Source of the DNA: Porphyridium purpureum
Taxonomy: Eukaryota
Assembly (NCBI GenBank): GCA_008690995.1
Contig: VRMN01000013.1
Coordinates: 124,001-188,000 of the forward strand
Reading direction: 5' to 3'
Length of the DNA: 64,000 nucleotides
Shown: in pieces, positions 1-10,570 of the stretch
Layout: every line of letters begins with the position of its first letter
Position numbering within the stretch: position 1 is the stretch's first letter
The notes under the pieces: generated by a model
What the model was told of the DNA's origin: nothing
Database searches by the model: none
What the model saw: the letters and a program-made list of their open reading frames with translations, nothing else
Translations under genes and position numbers: made by a program

Positions 1-1217
1 CTTGGCACCGCCTGTCCCTTTAAAATGCATTCTGTGATGGCTTTTCCCTCTGCGCTCTTCCCTTCCACCTCGGCACGCAGCACATCACGGGCTTGAATCC
101 AAGTCCACCCGAACTCCTTGGCGATGCGCTCACAGGCAATGTCCTTACCTGAATTGCGCGCGCCGAAAACGAACAGGACTGGCTTCACCACTGGGTCCGG
201 GTGATGCATTTCCAGGAATTTGGCGAGATACTCGACCGGGTCTGCAGGTTGCTCCACCGCAATTTTCTGCATTCCTGCCTTGATCAAGGGAGCCACCGTC
301 AGACTCAGGTATTGCCGCGCCTGCTCAAGCGTCATCTCACGGTTCTTTGCGACATCGACGTCCTTCATTCTGTCTAACCCCTTTCCAAAAGCATCCGCGT
401 CTGCCGCGGTGAGCTCTCGCCCATCATCGGGCATGATTTCAGGCTCGACGGCGGGAGCAGCTGGTAAAGGCTCGGCCGCCGAGAATGTCTCAGCAGGCAT
501 TTCCTGTGCAACTGCCTTGATCGCTGCGTCCCTCGGTGCCATCGCGTCATCAATGGCTGCGTCGAGTTCGTCCTTGGAGTCATCAATTCGATCCTGCGCC
601 GCGGCAGTGGCTGCTACATCATCCGGGCCCGGTGTCAGGCCTTCTGGCTCTGCGATTACCGGCGACGGTTCCGGCTCGGGCTCCGGCGCCGCTTCGGGCT
701 CGGCCATCGCTGGGGCCGGCTTCTCCGCATCTTCCGGCACCTCCGCGTTCTCGGGCTCGTCTGCCTGCTCCACGTTCTCGAACTCATCTGTCGGCTCCAC
801 GTTCTCGAACTCGTCTGTCGGCTCCACGTTCTCGAACTCGTCTGTCGGCTCCACATTCTCGGGCTCGTCTGTTTGTTCCACGTTCTCGGGCTCGTCTGTT
901 TGTTCCACATTCTCGAACTCGTCTGTTTGTTCCACGTTCTCGGGCTCGTCCTGATCCTCCGCGTTCTCCGGCTCCTCCGGCGCCAAGTATGGCTCGACGT
1001 CCTCCTCCGATGCCTCAACCGGCGCCGCCATCTCCTCCGGCGCATCCTCTTCAGCCTGCTCGTCAACGTCCGCAACGCCCATCGGCGGCGGCGGCGGAGG
1101 CGGAGCCGCGGCCTCTGCGTCAGCCCCTACCACTGCCGGTAGCGGCGGCGCTTCCGATCCATCCATGCCCGCTTCCATAGGCATCGACGGCGGTGGCGGT
1201 GGTGGAGGCGACGACAT
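1..1217 (-). CDS. Adenylate kinase/UMP-CMP kinase-like protein with Dpy-30-type docking motif and acidic repeat N-terminus (3' end outside window)
   Basis: Manual translation from ATG 1217 is open to the window edge: MSSPPPPPPP...ARQYLSLTVAPLIKAGMQKIAVEQPADPVEYLAKFLE (Dpy-30-like)...VLFVFGARNSGKDIACERIAKEFGWTWIQARDVLRAEVEGKSAEGKAITECILKGQAVP (AK N-terminus). Absent from the ORF track because it has no stop in the window. Confidence 0.8.
   Translation of the reverse strand, partial: MSSPPPPPPPSMPMEAGMDGSEAPPLPAVVGADAEAAAPPPPPPPMGVADVDEQAEEDAPEEMAAPVEASEEDVEPYLAPEEPENAEDQDEPENVEQTDEFENVEQTDEPENVEQTDEPENVEPTDEFENVEPTDEFENVEPTDEFENVEQADEPENAEVPEDAEKPAPAMAEPEAAPEPEPEPSPVIAEPEGLTPGPDDVAATAAAQDRIDDSKDELDAAIDDAMAPRDAAIKAVAQEMPAETFSAAEPLPAAPAVEPEIMPDDGRELTAADADAFGKGLDRMKDVDVAKNREMTLEQARQYLSLTVAPLIKAGMQKIAVEQPADPVEYLAKFLEMHHPDPVVKPVLFVFGARNSGKDIACERIAKEFGWTWIQARDVLRAEVEGKSAEGKAITECILKGQAVP
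741..968 (-). repeat. 27-bp coding tandem repeat (~8.4 copies), ENVE(Q/P)TDE(P/F)
   Basis: Units such as ctcgtctgtttgttccacgttctcggg repeat every 27 bp, in frame with the minus-strand CDS. Confidence 0.95.
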
Positions 1218-1222
1218 TCTCC

Positions 1223-1258
1223 CTCTCTCTCTCTCTCTCTCTCCCCTCTCTCTCTCTC
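1223..1258 (-). repeat. (GA)n microsatellite in 5' leader
   Basis: (CT)n on + strand immediately upstream of the minus-strand ATG at 1217. Confidence 0.9.
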
Positions 1259-1498
1259 CACCAACCCAACCCCACCTTTCCCCCTACACCTTGCCCTTCC
1301 CCCTCACCCCTTCTCCTCTTCACCTCCTCAAACACCGCACGCGCTCACGCACCCGCACGCCACACAGAACGCGCTGTTCATAGTAAAATCACACACGTTT
1401 ACTATCAACCTCCAAAAATAGGTTTTGGATGCCATAACTTGGCGTGTGCGTTACTAGAAAAATCAGCACGATTTAGTAGACGGCCAAACGGGATTAAG

Positions 1499-1578
1499 GT
1501 ACAGTGCATAGGTGTAACGGGTCGAATACTGTACTTAGGTACACCTCAACTGTACCGATAAGTACACCTGAGCTGTAC
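1499..1578. promoter_or_regulatory. GTAC(AG/AC) motif cluster in divergent intergenic region
   Basis: Six GTAC cores in 80 bp (1499, 1531, 1539, 1552, 1562, 1575). Regulatory role is inferred. Confidence 0.55.
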
Positions 1579-1667
1579 CTCTGGTAAGCGTTGGTGCCAC
1601 AAATGCGGGGGTGTGGCACACTTGAGGGTGTGAGAGGCGAAGTTTGTGTGTGGGAGAAGGAGGCACG

Positions 1668-3284
1668 ATGAGGATGCCGATGGAGCGCACGCTGCTGCTG
1701 CCGCAAGCGCGCCGTGAGGAGAATGCGGCCGCGCAGGAGCAGCGCGAACCAGATGGCGTGCGTGAAGCAGCTGCGGCCTGCTTCTGTACGCCGCTCGCGG
1801 TGTACGCGATCTTCGCGACAGTGGTGCTGTTTGCGTCCAATGCGTGGCGCCTCGCTCAGGCAGAGCCAGGAGTGCAGTGGTGTGTGTGCGGAACGCATCG
1901 CGCTTGTGTAGACAATGGACCGACTCGCGCTGCTCATCTTCAACGGATTCAGGAACTCCTCAAATTTTGGTGGGTGTCGGATTTGCACATCGACCTGGAC
2001 TACAGTGCACATGTTGTTCCTGAAACTCCTTGGCTCGTGTGCAGAGAATTTGATCAGCAAAGGCATACACGGTCTTCGGGCCGTGGACCTGGACACCAAG
2101 CATTTGCGCTGGGAAGGGTCAACTGTGACCCGCCGCTCGCGCTCTTCGAGTCTCAGCTGCTCGCCATGCACGCAGAAGATCCAAATCCGAGCGCCATTTT
2201 TCTCACCGGAGATGTGATTGCGCACTTTATTGCAAGCCGTAGTCGCGCGGCGCAAACCCTGCGGGAAGTGGCGGCGGCCATTTCGCGCAAGTTTCCGTCG
2301 ACGCGTGTTTTTGTCGCGCTTGGCAACGTCGACATGCAATTGGCTGGCGACGAAAGCGACGACAGTGCCTTACCGCTACAGTTTGAGTTTCTAGCGAGTA
2401 TTTTCCATAGCGTAGGATGGCTTCACACTCGCGACATGCAGCACACGTTTGCCACAGGCGGCTACTACAAGGCAGACTTAGACGCGTCATTGAGCGTGAT
2501 CTCAATCAATACCAATCTGATGCTGAAGAGACAACAGGCTGACGCCGGAAGCAATCGAGCGCAGCTGGCGAGGCAGATGCTTCTGTGGATAGAACACCAA
2601 GCCCTTCGCGCGCAATTGGAGGGGCGTCGATTACTTCTGCTCGGCCACGCCGCGCCTGGAGCCAAAACGCAGCTAGCAAACTGGTACGAAGAATACACGA
2701 CGCAGTTCAGCGATCTCAGTGCACGCTTTCGGGGTGTCTTCATCATGCATCTGTTCGGCGATTTCACTGAAGCCGTCGAGCTCCGCATGCTGTGGGACAA
2801 TTCATCACAAGATGCACATGTTTCATCAGGTGTGCTGATCCATCCGGGCCTCACGCCGCGTCGGCCGGCCGCACCTGGTAGTAACCCGTCATTTAAGCAA
2901 ATATTGTATAGCCGCGACCAGCGAGTCATCATGGACTCCATCACTTGGGTTATGAATTTGCAGGCCGCATCATTTGCCTCGATGACTGGGGCCGGCCCTC
3001 ATCTCGACACATGGGAGCGACAGCCATCCATCAGAGAGCGCTTTGGCCTTGCGTCTTTGCATTCAGATGAGCTCGAGGCACTGTTCATGCAGTTGCGTTC
3101 GAACGTGTCGACATTGGAGCGCTTTTACCGCGTCGCATGGAGCCGCTTTATCACAAACCATGACTTCACGTCAGATCTCTGCGATATGCGCTTTACAGCC
3201 GCAGGACCTCGCCTTAAATGCTATGCAGATCCAACAGGGCTGTTTCGCGGACTGTCAGAATCGCAGGCGGAACCCAAGCGATAG
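1668..3284 (+). CDS. Acid sphingomyelinase-like (SMPDL3/ASM family) metallophosphoesterase with N-terminal membrane anchor
   Basis: Motifs WWVSDLHIDLDY, GRVNCDPP, IFLTGDVIAH, ALGNVD, TFATGGYY, LLGHAAPG, NPSFK; hydrophobic stretch near N-terminus; first ATG 1668. Confidence 0.8.
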   Translation: MRMPMERTLLLPQARREENAAAQEQREPDGVREAAAACFCTPLAVYAIFATVVLFASNAWRLAQAEPGVQWCVCGTHRACVDNGPTRAAHLQRIQELLKFWWVSDLHIDLDYSAHVVPETPWLVCREFDQQRHTRSSGRGPGHQAFALGRVNCDPPLALFESQLLAMHAEDPNPSAIFLTGDVIAHFIASRSRAAQTLREVAAAISRKFPSTRVFVALGNVDMQLAGDESDDSALPLQFEFLASIFHSVGWLHTRDMQHTFATGGYYKADLDASLSVISINTNLMLKRQQADAGSNRAQLARQMLLWIEHQALRAQLEGRRLLLLGHAAPGAKTQLANWYEEYTTQFSDLSARFRGVFIMHLFGDFTEAVELRMLWDNSSQDAHVSSGVLIHPGLTPRRPAAPGSNPSFKQILYSRDQRVIMDSITWVMNLQAASFASMTGAGPHLDTWERQPSIRERFGLASLHSDELEALFMQLRSNVSTLERFYRVAWSRFITNHDFTSDLCDMRFTAAGPRLKCYADPTGLFRGLSESQAEPKR

Positions 3285-3303
3285 GAAATTTTCGAGCCGG
3301 CTT

Positions 3304-4095
3304 TCATGGGCGTTCGGGTCCAACAGAACTTTCAACAGGGCTACTATCGACAATGACCTTGCGCTTTTTTGTCGACGCCTCGATGGTTTGGGCTTTCTTG
3401 TGTTTTCTGCTTTCTTTGCTCCGCTTCGTGTGACGTGCAAAGAACTCGAGCTGCCTGTCTAGATCAGCGCCCGGCGGTGCATCGAGATGCACGCGCGGCA
3501 GTTCTTCATCTAGTGGTGTATCGCACGCCTCGCAGCACAAGCGATCAGAAGCTGAGTTCGACGCTTTGCCGAGCTCGACAACACGCCCTTGGCGCCTCAT
3601 GGTGTCCAAGTCTGCGTGCACAGAACGCATGGCACCGGCCGACATGACACAGCCGCATGGGCGATTCGCAATGAACTGTCTGGTTGCATTGGCCTGGCGG
3701 CCTGACAAGCAACACACGACCTTGCCATGCAGCGGCTCGCCAGCGTCCTCCGCTGGCTTGTCAAAATGCAAATGCACATCCATGACTGAACTGATGCCGT
3801 TGATGTGCGCAAAGTAGGCGGACGTCGGCGAGTGACTGTTCTGCCTCTTCTCCGCCGCTCTGCGCAGCAGCCACTCGATCAACGCGTCCTTATTGTACAA
3901 CCAGCCTCTCCCGCACACCACATTCGGCGGGACCAGCGGCGCGCGGCTGATCGCACACAGCGCGAGGCGTTCAGCGTCCCCCGTCTGTTCTGCCGCGGCG
4001 TCGCGCTCGCTCTCCGCACATGCCTGCAGAATCATCCGGCGCATTGCCGCATGCTCACGCTGCGGCAGCGGCGCAGTCCCTCCATCCCCTCCCAT
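3304..4095 (-). CDS. RTF2: Replication termination factor 2 (Rtf2 RING-like)
   Basis: Starts MGGDGGT (family-typical MGxDGG); CAISRAPL...GWLYNKDALIEWLL; RPCGCVMS; CEAC; basic C-terminus. Confidence 0.85.
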   Translation of the reverse strand: MGGDGGTAPLPQREHAAMRRMILQACAESERDAAAEQTGDAERLALCAISRAPLVPPNVVCGRGWLYNKDALIEWLLRRAAEKRQNSHSPTSAYFAHINGISSVMDVHLHFDKPAEDAGEPLHGKVVCCLSGRQANATRQFIANRPCGCVMSAGAMRSVHADLDTMRRQGRVVELGKASNSASDRLCCEACDTPLDEELPRVHLDAPPGADLDRQLEFFARHTKRSKESRKHKKAQTIEASTKKRKVIVDSSPVESSVGPERP

Positions 4096-6993
4096 CCCAT
4101 CCAAGACGCCATCCACCTCCCCTTCTGCTCCCGCCGCTCTCTCCCTCTCCCGCCACCAGCCACGCCAAATCGAGACTAATTACTGTACCACAATGTTCAG
4201 TTCATGATCATGAAGGTACAGTTAGTCCTTGCAGTGCTCGGTGCTGCTCAGCTGCATCTGTGAATTGGATGGCGATTCGACTTTGCACAGCGCCGTCGAA
4301 ATGCAGCTGCACGCTGCCGGCGACCTCGTGTACGTCCACGGAATAAAGCATATGGTGGTGATTAGGCTTCGGCGTAGCGGGCATGAGGATGGAGAGGATT
4401 TGGATGCGCAGCGCTCTCGGTAAATGCTTCGAATAAGTGTGACAGCGGCAATTCGAAGCAGAAATCCCCGCCCGGGTATCCTTCTTTGGAAGCCGTGGTC
4501 TGGTCCGAGCTGCTTGGTTGGGCTAGGAGTCGAGGGCCAACGTGGAGCGGAAGGGGAGAAAAAGGGGTGGGGAAAGGAGTTGGGGAACGGTACCGTGCTG
4601 CAAAAGCATGGTGCGAGGCGCATCGGTGGACGTAGGCGCGCCCGCAGCTAGCGCAGGCCTGGCTATGGCCATGGCCACAGTCAAATTCACGTCCACAAAT
4701 AGTAGAATGCACGCGGTCCAAAGCAAATTCGAAGTATTTAGAGCGGCTGTCAGGATACGCCCGCGACGTCTGAATGTTTCTCAGACCTCAGACCAGAGAC
4801 GCGAACTTTCCCAGTCGTGCAGCAGCCGAGGAAAGCCGGGCAGGTGTCTAACGTCCCACCGGAAGGCGTTCAATGAGATACCCTGGTGTGATGCCAACTC
4901 GCTTGCGTCTTGGATTCCGGACAGCCAAGATCCAATACCATTTAATTCATGCATTATTCTTTCCAACAGACAGTGCGATGAACTGCGTGCACTCCAAGAC
5001 CTCCTTGTCAAGCTCACGTGCAGCTTCACTTTTGAAAGCCTCTGTCTTTTCGAGGACAATGGCGGGCCCTTGCCGACGTCCGTGTTCCCAAGAGCGGCAC
5101 CACGTGTCGCAAACCGAGCGCATCCGCATGCTGTTCCAGTGCTGCTGGTGCCTCGGCAAATTTTCGGCTTTGGTGATGCGACATCGCGCGTTAGTCCGAC
5201 AACATCCCAGGCAACGACTTTTCGGACAAGCACAGGTAACTGGTGACCCAAACGAATCGGTTTAGATTTTACAATCCGGGCTGCGTCTCGGCTGGAGTAC
5301 TTGGATGTTTGCCACTGCGAACCATGATACAAAGCTACTATTCCCCGCCGGTGTGGAGGTACCGCTTCCTTAGAGCCAGAAGCACCCGAATGCTCATGGA
5401 TGGCCGGGCCGGGCAATGTGCGGCAAAGCGGTTCGATTTATACTCATGACGGCACCTGGGGCACTGCGTGGTCATGTCAGGAGCGTCTCAAGGAAAAAAA
5501 TCAAACCAAGTAGGGCTAGCCGCCGCACTACGCATGGACTAGAGCTTTCTACTTCAGATCACGATACATCGCTCGTGGAGTCTACCGGCAGAACCACTTG
5601 TTCATCGCGACGCGATCTGGCTGACGATGGCGAAGGGGACGAAGATGTTTCCGTGGAATCGTTTTTGCTCAAAGGTCCAGGCTGCATTCGACCTCTCCCC
5701 ACCTGCCATCCTGGTCAACTTTGAAGATTTTTCTCCGCGGAGCGAAGGTTCAGCTTAGAGCTTAAAAACAAGGACCGGATGCCAGTGCGAATCCTGACAA
5801 GAACCTGTCCATCAGATATCATCAAGAATGGCACGCTGGAGTGCGCGGACCCAATACATTCTTCAAAGCGATTGGTCCGCAAGAAGAGGATGACGTTTTC
5901 GACGCCCCGGATTCATTCGCTGATATATCATGCGGAATCGGCAGAAATTCGACGAGCTTTTCTGTCGACACGTCTTCTTTGCAAAAGGCTCCTTGGCGGG
6001 TTGGTTAGCGTATCTAGATCAATGAGTGCTCCAATTTTGGCACCGGCCTGACATCGCGCGATTCGACAATATGCCAGATCTTTGCACCCAATTCTATGTC
6101 GCGCCAAATCGCAGCATATTACAAGAGCTGAAAATTTTCCACGCACAGAGAGCACTACGGTGATGGGAAATGTCCGCCACCCATCGAGCGAGATATCCAG
6201 AAGTTGGCTCGGAATGGCCTGCCACATCCCCTGGATATTGCAGAGGTGCGTTTGTCTCAGCAGTATCATGATATTCTTGACTCCACCGTCATTGACATCA
6301 ACTATACCCGCATGACAGGCATGCTTGCGCGAAGAGCTTGGGAAGGAGTGTTGCGAGTACTCTTGCAAACGAGTGCGTAGAAGTTGAGACGACGCAGGCA
6401 GAAAATGTCTATTCCTTGAATTGCTTTCCGGATAATCCATCCTCTAGCACCATCGGTTAGACCTTCTTTGTCTCCAATCATCCCTCAAGCATCTGCCAGA
6501 GGTCAGAACATATGCCAGGCTTTTTTCTCACCCTCGACGGAGTGTCAAGTATTGGACTGAGCTCTCGAAGTGCCGCACGGCCCGTTCTACGACTGCGGGA
6601 CTCGTTTCTCGATCGAGCTGCAAAGATCCAAAAAAACGTTCCGACGCGGAGGCCTTGGCGGTCACGAGAGAGCATGTCGCGGACCCCCGGGAGCGTGCCA
6701 CCATGTCTTTGACACCTTTAGCGAACGTGTGCTGCGTCGCATATTCTCTAATTAGATACGTGAACGTTCCGCCAGGCTCCTTGCGTCACTGATGCAATGC
6801 AATCCGTAGAATGCCTCCAACTCTAAAGACCACATTCTGCGCCCGTCGTTGGTAGGACACTGCGCAAGTGGTTTATTGGGACAGGAGGTGTCTCCGGTAG
6901 ATCGCACTTGATGTCGGAGCAAGTCCGAGCGAATGTGGCAAAGGGACATTCAGGCACGCTGACGTTCCGGCCAGGCGCCCTAGAAATGCTGCG

Positions 6994-8874
6994 ATGGAGA
7001 AACTTGCAGCGATTCCATTCGAGATCGCAGAGCTAAGCTTCGATCCGGTGCGTGTTCTGGAGTGGATGCAGAACGAGACGGCAAGTCGCGTTCTCAAGGT
7101 GGATGCTTCGTCAAATGAAACGCAGCTCGCCTGTCGGACATGCGATCTCGGAAACAATGCAAGCAGCGAAACAGCAGCTTGTTTATGCACCCGTGCAAGT
7201 GCCCAGGATGGTACCTCCTCCGCAGCCCCTGCACGAGGCTCGTGCGCCGTGTCTGCGTTCTGGCACACTGTGGGGACATGGACAAGCGTCGAGTCGTGGA
7301 ACCGTCAGCTGTGGAAGCTGGACGTCGAACACCGCAGCGTTTGGCGCATTTCATACGAAGCGGGTCATGCAAAGAATCGCCTAGAAAGAATGCCAGATTC
7401 TCAGTGCGATGTGCGTGCGTGCTCTTCGTCAGAAATTGACTATGGACGCCCGGAACTCGGGACCGCGCGGCTGTATCTTCGTCGACTCTATCGTAAGAAC
7501 CCGAGCCCAAGCGGAGGTGGACCGCAGGGGAACGATCGTAGCTACGATGTACTCGAGTGGGCAGTCCATCGCCATTATCTCTGTGAGCTCACGCCGGCAG
7601 ACGGGGATTCCAAAGTTCCGTGTCGGTACGACGTGGACGAGGCCATTTTCGGGCTCCTAGTGCCGCAAGGCGCGACGCAGCCACCCCATAATCCGCGCGC
7701 TCTCACATTCTGGCCATTTGGCCATCCGAAAGCGCGATTCTACGCGGTTCGGCGAATCGAGTGTGCTGTCAGCGGAATTGTGCGTCTCACACACTCGACT
7801 TCGATGTTCCAAGACACCGATAGCATCGCTAATGACAATGAGCTACTTGACGATACTCATTCACACGACGCAGGCCGTTCTTTTGAAGCATCGCGCCCAT
7901 ATGCAGAGATTTCAGCCGCGAACTTCCTGCATACGGTACACAAATGGACCACGGCGTTTGATTCCGTGACCTCTGAGTCTACGTACGTCAAGCGCGTGCA
8001 CCACGACGTACTGCTGTCGCAGAACAACTTTCGCGACGTTTATTCGCGCTTGAAGGATAAGTACGGCTTTTGGGCCAATGAGTGGCCAGAGCGCACGGAC
8101 CCGGTCAAGTATGTTTTCGAAGAAATGGCGATTGCCGCTTATCTCATTGCGCTCTGGGAAAGTCTCGACTCTTCGCATTCACGCGCAAAGCCCTCGTTCT
8201 GCGACCTCGGCTGCGGCAACGGGTTTTTGACCTACCTACTATTGAGCGAAGGCTATGCGGGCGTCGGCATTGACCTACAGAAGCGCGGCATTTGGGACAT
8301 CTACCCACCTTCGGTCGGCAATGCATTGTTATGTGAAGAGCTAAGACTGGATTTTTCAAATATGGACCACCTTGAAAACAAGCTCTGTGAATACGAGTGG
8401 ATTCTGGGGAATCACTCGGATGAGTTGACGCCTTGGATCCCATACATAGCGAGCCGCACGCGGGCCAAGGTCTTTCTTCTGCCATGCTGCTTCTGGGACT
8501 TTGCAAACAAGATGGTTTTTTCGCGCTTGCCCGATCACGGCGAGGGCAGATACCGAAGGTATCTGTGGTACATCCATTCGATCATGCAGGCGTGCGGATG
8601 GAAGGCCGAGCAGATTCAAATCGAGAATTTACGCATTCCTTCGTCGAAGTACATTGCGTTTATTGTTTTGGAGCCCAGTTGTCGGCCCGGTGGTGAGGAG
8701 ACCAGACACTTCGACCTGGAAGTGCAGGAGCTGCTCCAGTCATTTATTGGCGGGCAGCTCGCACGGGTGCCTGTGCGAGAGTCGTTCCTAAAGACGCTGG
8801 CGCCAGATTTGGTCGTCAAGAAAAGCCTCAAGACCTTGATCCGAGATGCGGGCCCATTAGTTTCAAAGGAATGA
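6994..8874 (+). CDS. TRM44: tRNA (uracil-O2'-)-methyltransferase Trm44
   Basis: TDPVKYVFEEMAIAAYLIALW, FCDLGCGNGFL, GIDLQKRGIWD, ILGNHSDELTPWIP, LPCCFWDF, LRIPSSK. Confidence 0.9.
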   Translation: MEKLAAIPFEIAELSFDPVRVLEWMQNETASRVLKVDASSNETQLACRTCDLGNNASSETAACLCTRASAQDGTSSAAPARGSCAVSAFWHTVGTWTSVESWNRQLWKLDVEHRSVWRISYEAGHAKNRLERMPDSQCDVRACSSSEIDYGRPELGTARLYLRRLYRKNPSPSGGGPQGNDRSYDVLEWAVHRHYLCELTPADGDSKVPCRYDVDEAIFGLLVPQGATQPPHNPRALTFWPFGHPKARFYAVRRIECAVSGIVRLTHSTSMFQDTDSIANDNELLDDTHSHDAGRSFEASRPYAEISAANFLHTVHKWTTAFDSVTSESTYVKRVHHDVLLSQNNFRDVYSRLKDKYGFWANEWPERTDPVKYVFEEMAIAAYLIALWESLDSSHSRAKPSFCDLGCGNGFLTYLLLSEGYAGVGIDLQKRGIWDIYPPSVGNALLCEELRLDFSNMDHLENKLCEYEWILGNHSDELTPWIPYIASRTRAKVFLLPCCFWDFANKMVFSRLPDHGEGRYRRYLWYIHSIMQACGWKAEQIQIENLRIPSSKYIAFIVLEPSCRPGGEETRHFDLEVQELLQSFIGGQLARVPVRESFLKTLAPDLVVKKSLKTLIRDAGPLVSKE

Positions 8875-8960
8875 AAAGAATGAAAGGAGACTTTCTGTAA
8901 AATGCGCAAGTCGTTTACTTTCACGTAGTTTGACCTGCATGTGCCAGAGTCCTGTTCCAG

Positions 8961-9944
8961 CTATGTTTGGACCACCTCAGTGATGTTCTTCCATGACCCA
9001 TCAAGCTGTTCTTTCCACAATGAGATACTGTCATCGCCAGACGCGACGCCGAGCACATTACCCGTCAGCGTCCAGCTCAAGCTCCACACCGGCGCGTCAA
9101 ATAGCGGCAGTTCGACGCTCTTCCACGAGGTGGCGGTGTCGTCGCGAGTCCACAGGACAACGCGCTTGTCTTGTCCGGCCGATGCAATAGTGGACGACGC
9201 GAGACCCAAGCTAGGTGCCCACGCGACTGAACGGACCCAATCGGTGTGTTTTTGGAGCGGTTCACCCACGCGTTCCCATCGCGAGGCGCTATCATTGTAC
9301 GTCCAGATACACACCAAATTGTCACAGCCACCCGTTACCAAGGTCTTTGGGGGCGGGGTGGCCTGCGCCGGATTCCACAGCGCAGAAGGATTAATGGCCG
9401 GTGCCCACGAGACCGAATTGGCGCCCATGGCGTGGGTGGGACTAAATGTGGCCGCATCCAGCGACCCGGAAATGCGCTGCTCGTTCCACGTGCCGTCTGG
9501 GTTCTGTGCGCACACCGATACAAATCCATCCGAGGATGCGCATGCGAGGATGAGACCATATTCTGCGGGAGCAAATGCGACGGCGTTCACGGACGAAGCG
9601 TGCCACACATACTCGTACATCTTGCGCCAAACGCGGGGCTCGACCTCGCGCCACACGATGACGCGGCGGTCAAACCCGCATGAAGCGAGCACGTTCCCGA
9701 ACTTTGGATGTCCCCAGCAGACCTGCCACACGGGTCCGTCATGCCCCATCAGCTCGGCTTCCAGCTTGCGGTCGCCTGCGGCGTCGACCTCAAAGATCTT
9801 GATCGAGCGGTCGCTCGAGCACGTCGCGAGCCGCTTGGCGTAGTAGTCCAGCTGCGCGTCGTGGATCATATCCGAGTGCCCCGTGTCAATCACCTGCTCG
9901 GGCAGTCCCCCTCCTGCCCCGCGCCCATCCCCAACCATCGCCAT
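8961..9944 (-). CDS. SEC13: Protein transport protein SEC13 (WD40)
   Basis: IDTGHSDMIHDAQLDYYAKRLATCSSD, GHDGPVWQVCWGHPKFG, HTDWVRSVAWAP, WSLSWTLTGNVL. Confidence 0.97.
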   Translation of the reverse strand: MAMVGDGRGAGGGLPEQVIDTGHSDMIHDAQLDYYAKRLATCSSDRSIKIFEVDAAGDRKLEAELMGHDGPVWQVCWGHPKFGNVLASCGFDRRVIVWREVEPRVWRKMYEYVWHASSVNAVAFAPAEYGLILACASSDGFVSVCAQNPDGTWNEQRISGSLDAATFSPTHAMGANSVSWAPAINPSALWNPAQATPPPKTLVTGGCDNLVCIWTYNDSASRWERVGEPLQKHTDWVRSVAWAPSLGLASSTIASAGQDKRVVLWTRDDTATSWKSVELPLFDAPVWSLSWTLTGNVLGVASGDDSISLWKEQLDGSWKNITEVVQT

Positions 9945-10570
9945 CGTCACCTCCTATGCCTCTCCCCCTCCACTCCTCCTTCCCCACAAAAATCCACTCC
10001 CACCCTTCTCCTTCTTGCTCATCTCCTTCGCCCACTCAAAGACCTCTTCCCATTTTCGCTCTTCGCCCTTCAAAAACAAATCAGCAGAAATTACATAACA
10101 TTACATGTATAGTACATAACGACATTTTACTATATGATCTCATCAACGTTGCAATGTAATTTGTTGAGCAGTCACGAACGTCAACGAAATTCGGTAGTGT
10201 TCAGTGCTGTACCGCTTGAAACCAAAATGAAGCTTGAAATACACATTGCAATGCTATCTCGAGTGCGGCTCCTTTGCGTAGCCGCACTCTCGCGCGCAAA
10301 CCGCTATCCAATACGCCGGTAAACCGAGACGCCGATAAGCCGGTAAGCACGGAAAGCGAAAGGTCTGTTTTGGCGCGCGCGCGCGTGCGTGTGTGAGGAA
10401 GATGAGAGAGAGAAAGAAAGAGTTGCTCCAAGGCATGAAAGGAAAGGACGGCGTGATTCCGTGATTAGGACCGTGGAAGTGGTCGCACCAGGCGCTCTGC
10501 GAGACGTGAGACTTGGCGTGGTTCGTGAGCTGAATGAGTTCTGTTGTGCAGGCGTTGCGTCGAGCGTAGG

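Noticed and set aside
220..1180. Plus-strand ORFs 220..954 and 536..1180
   Set aside because: Antisense shadows of the minus-strand kinase-like gene and its 27-bp repeat.
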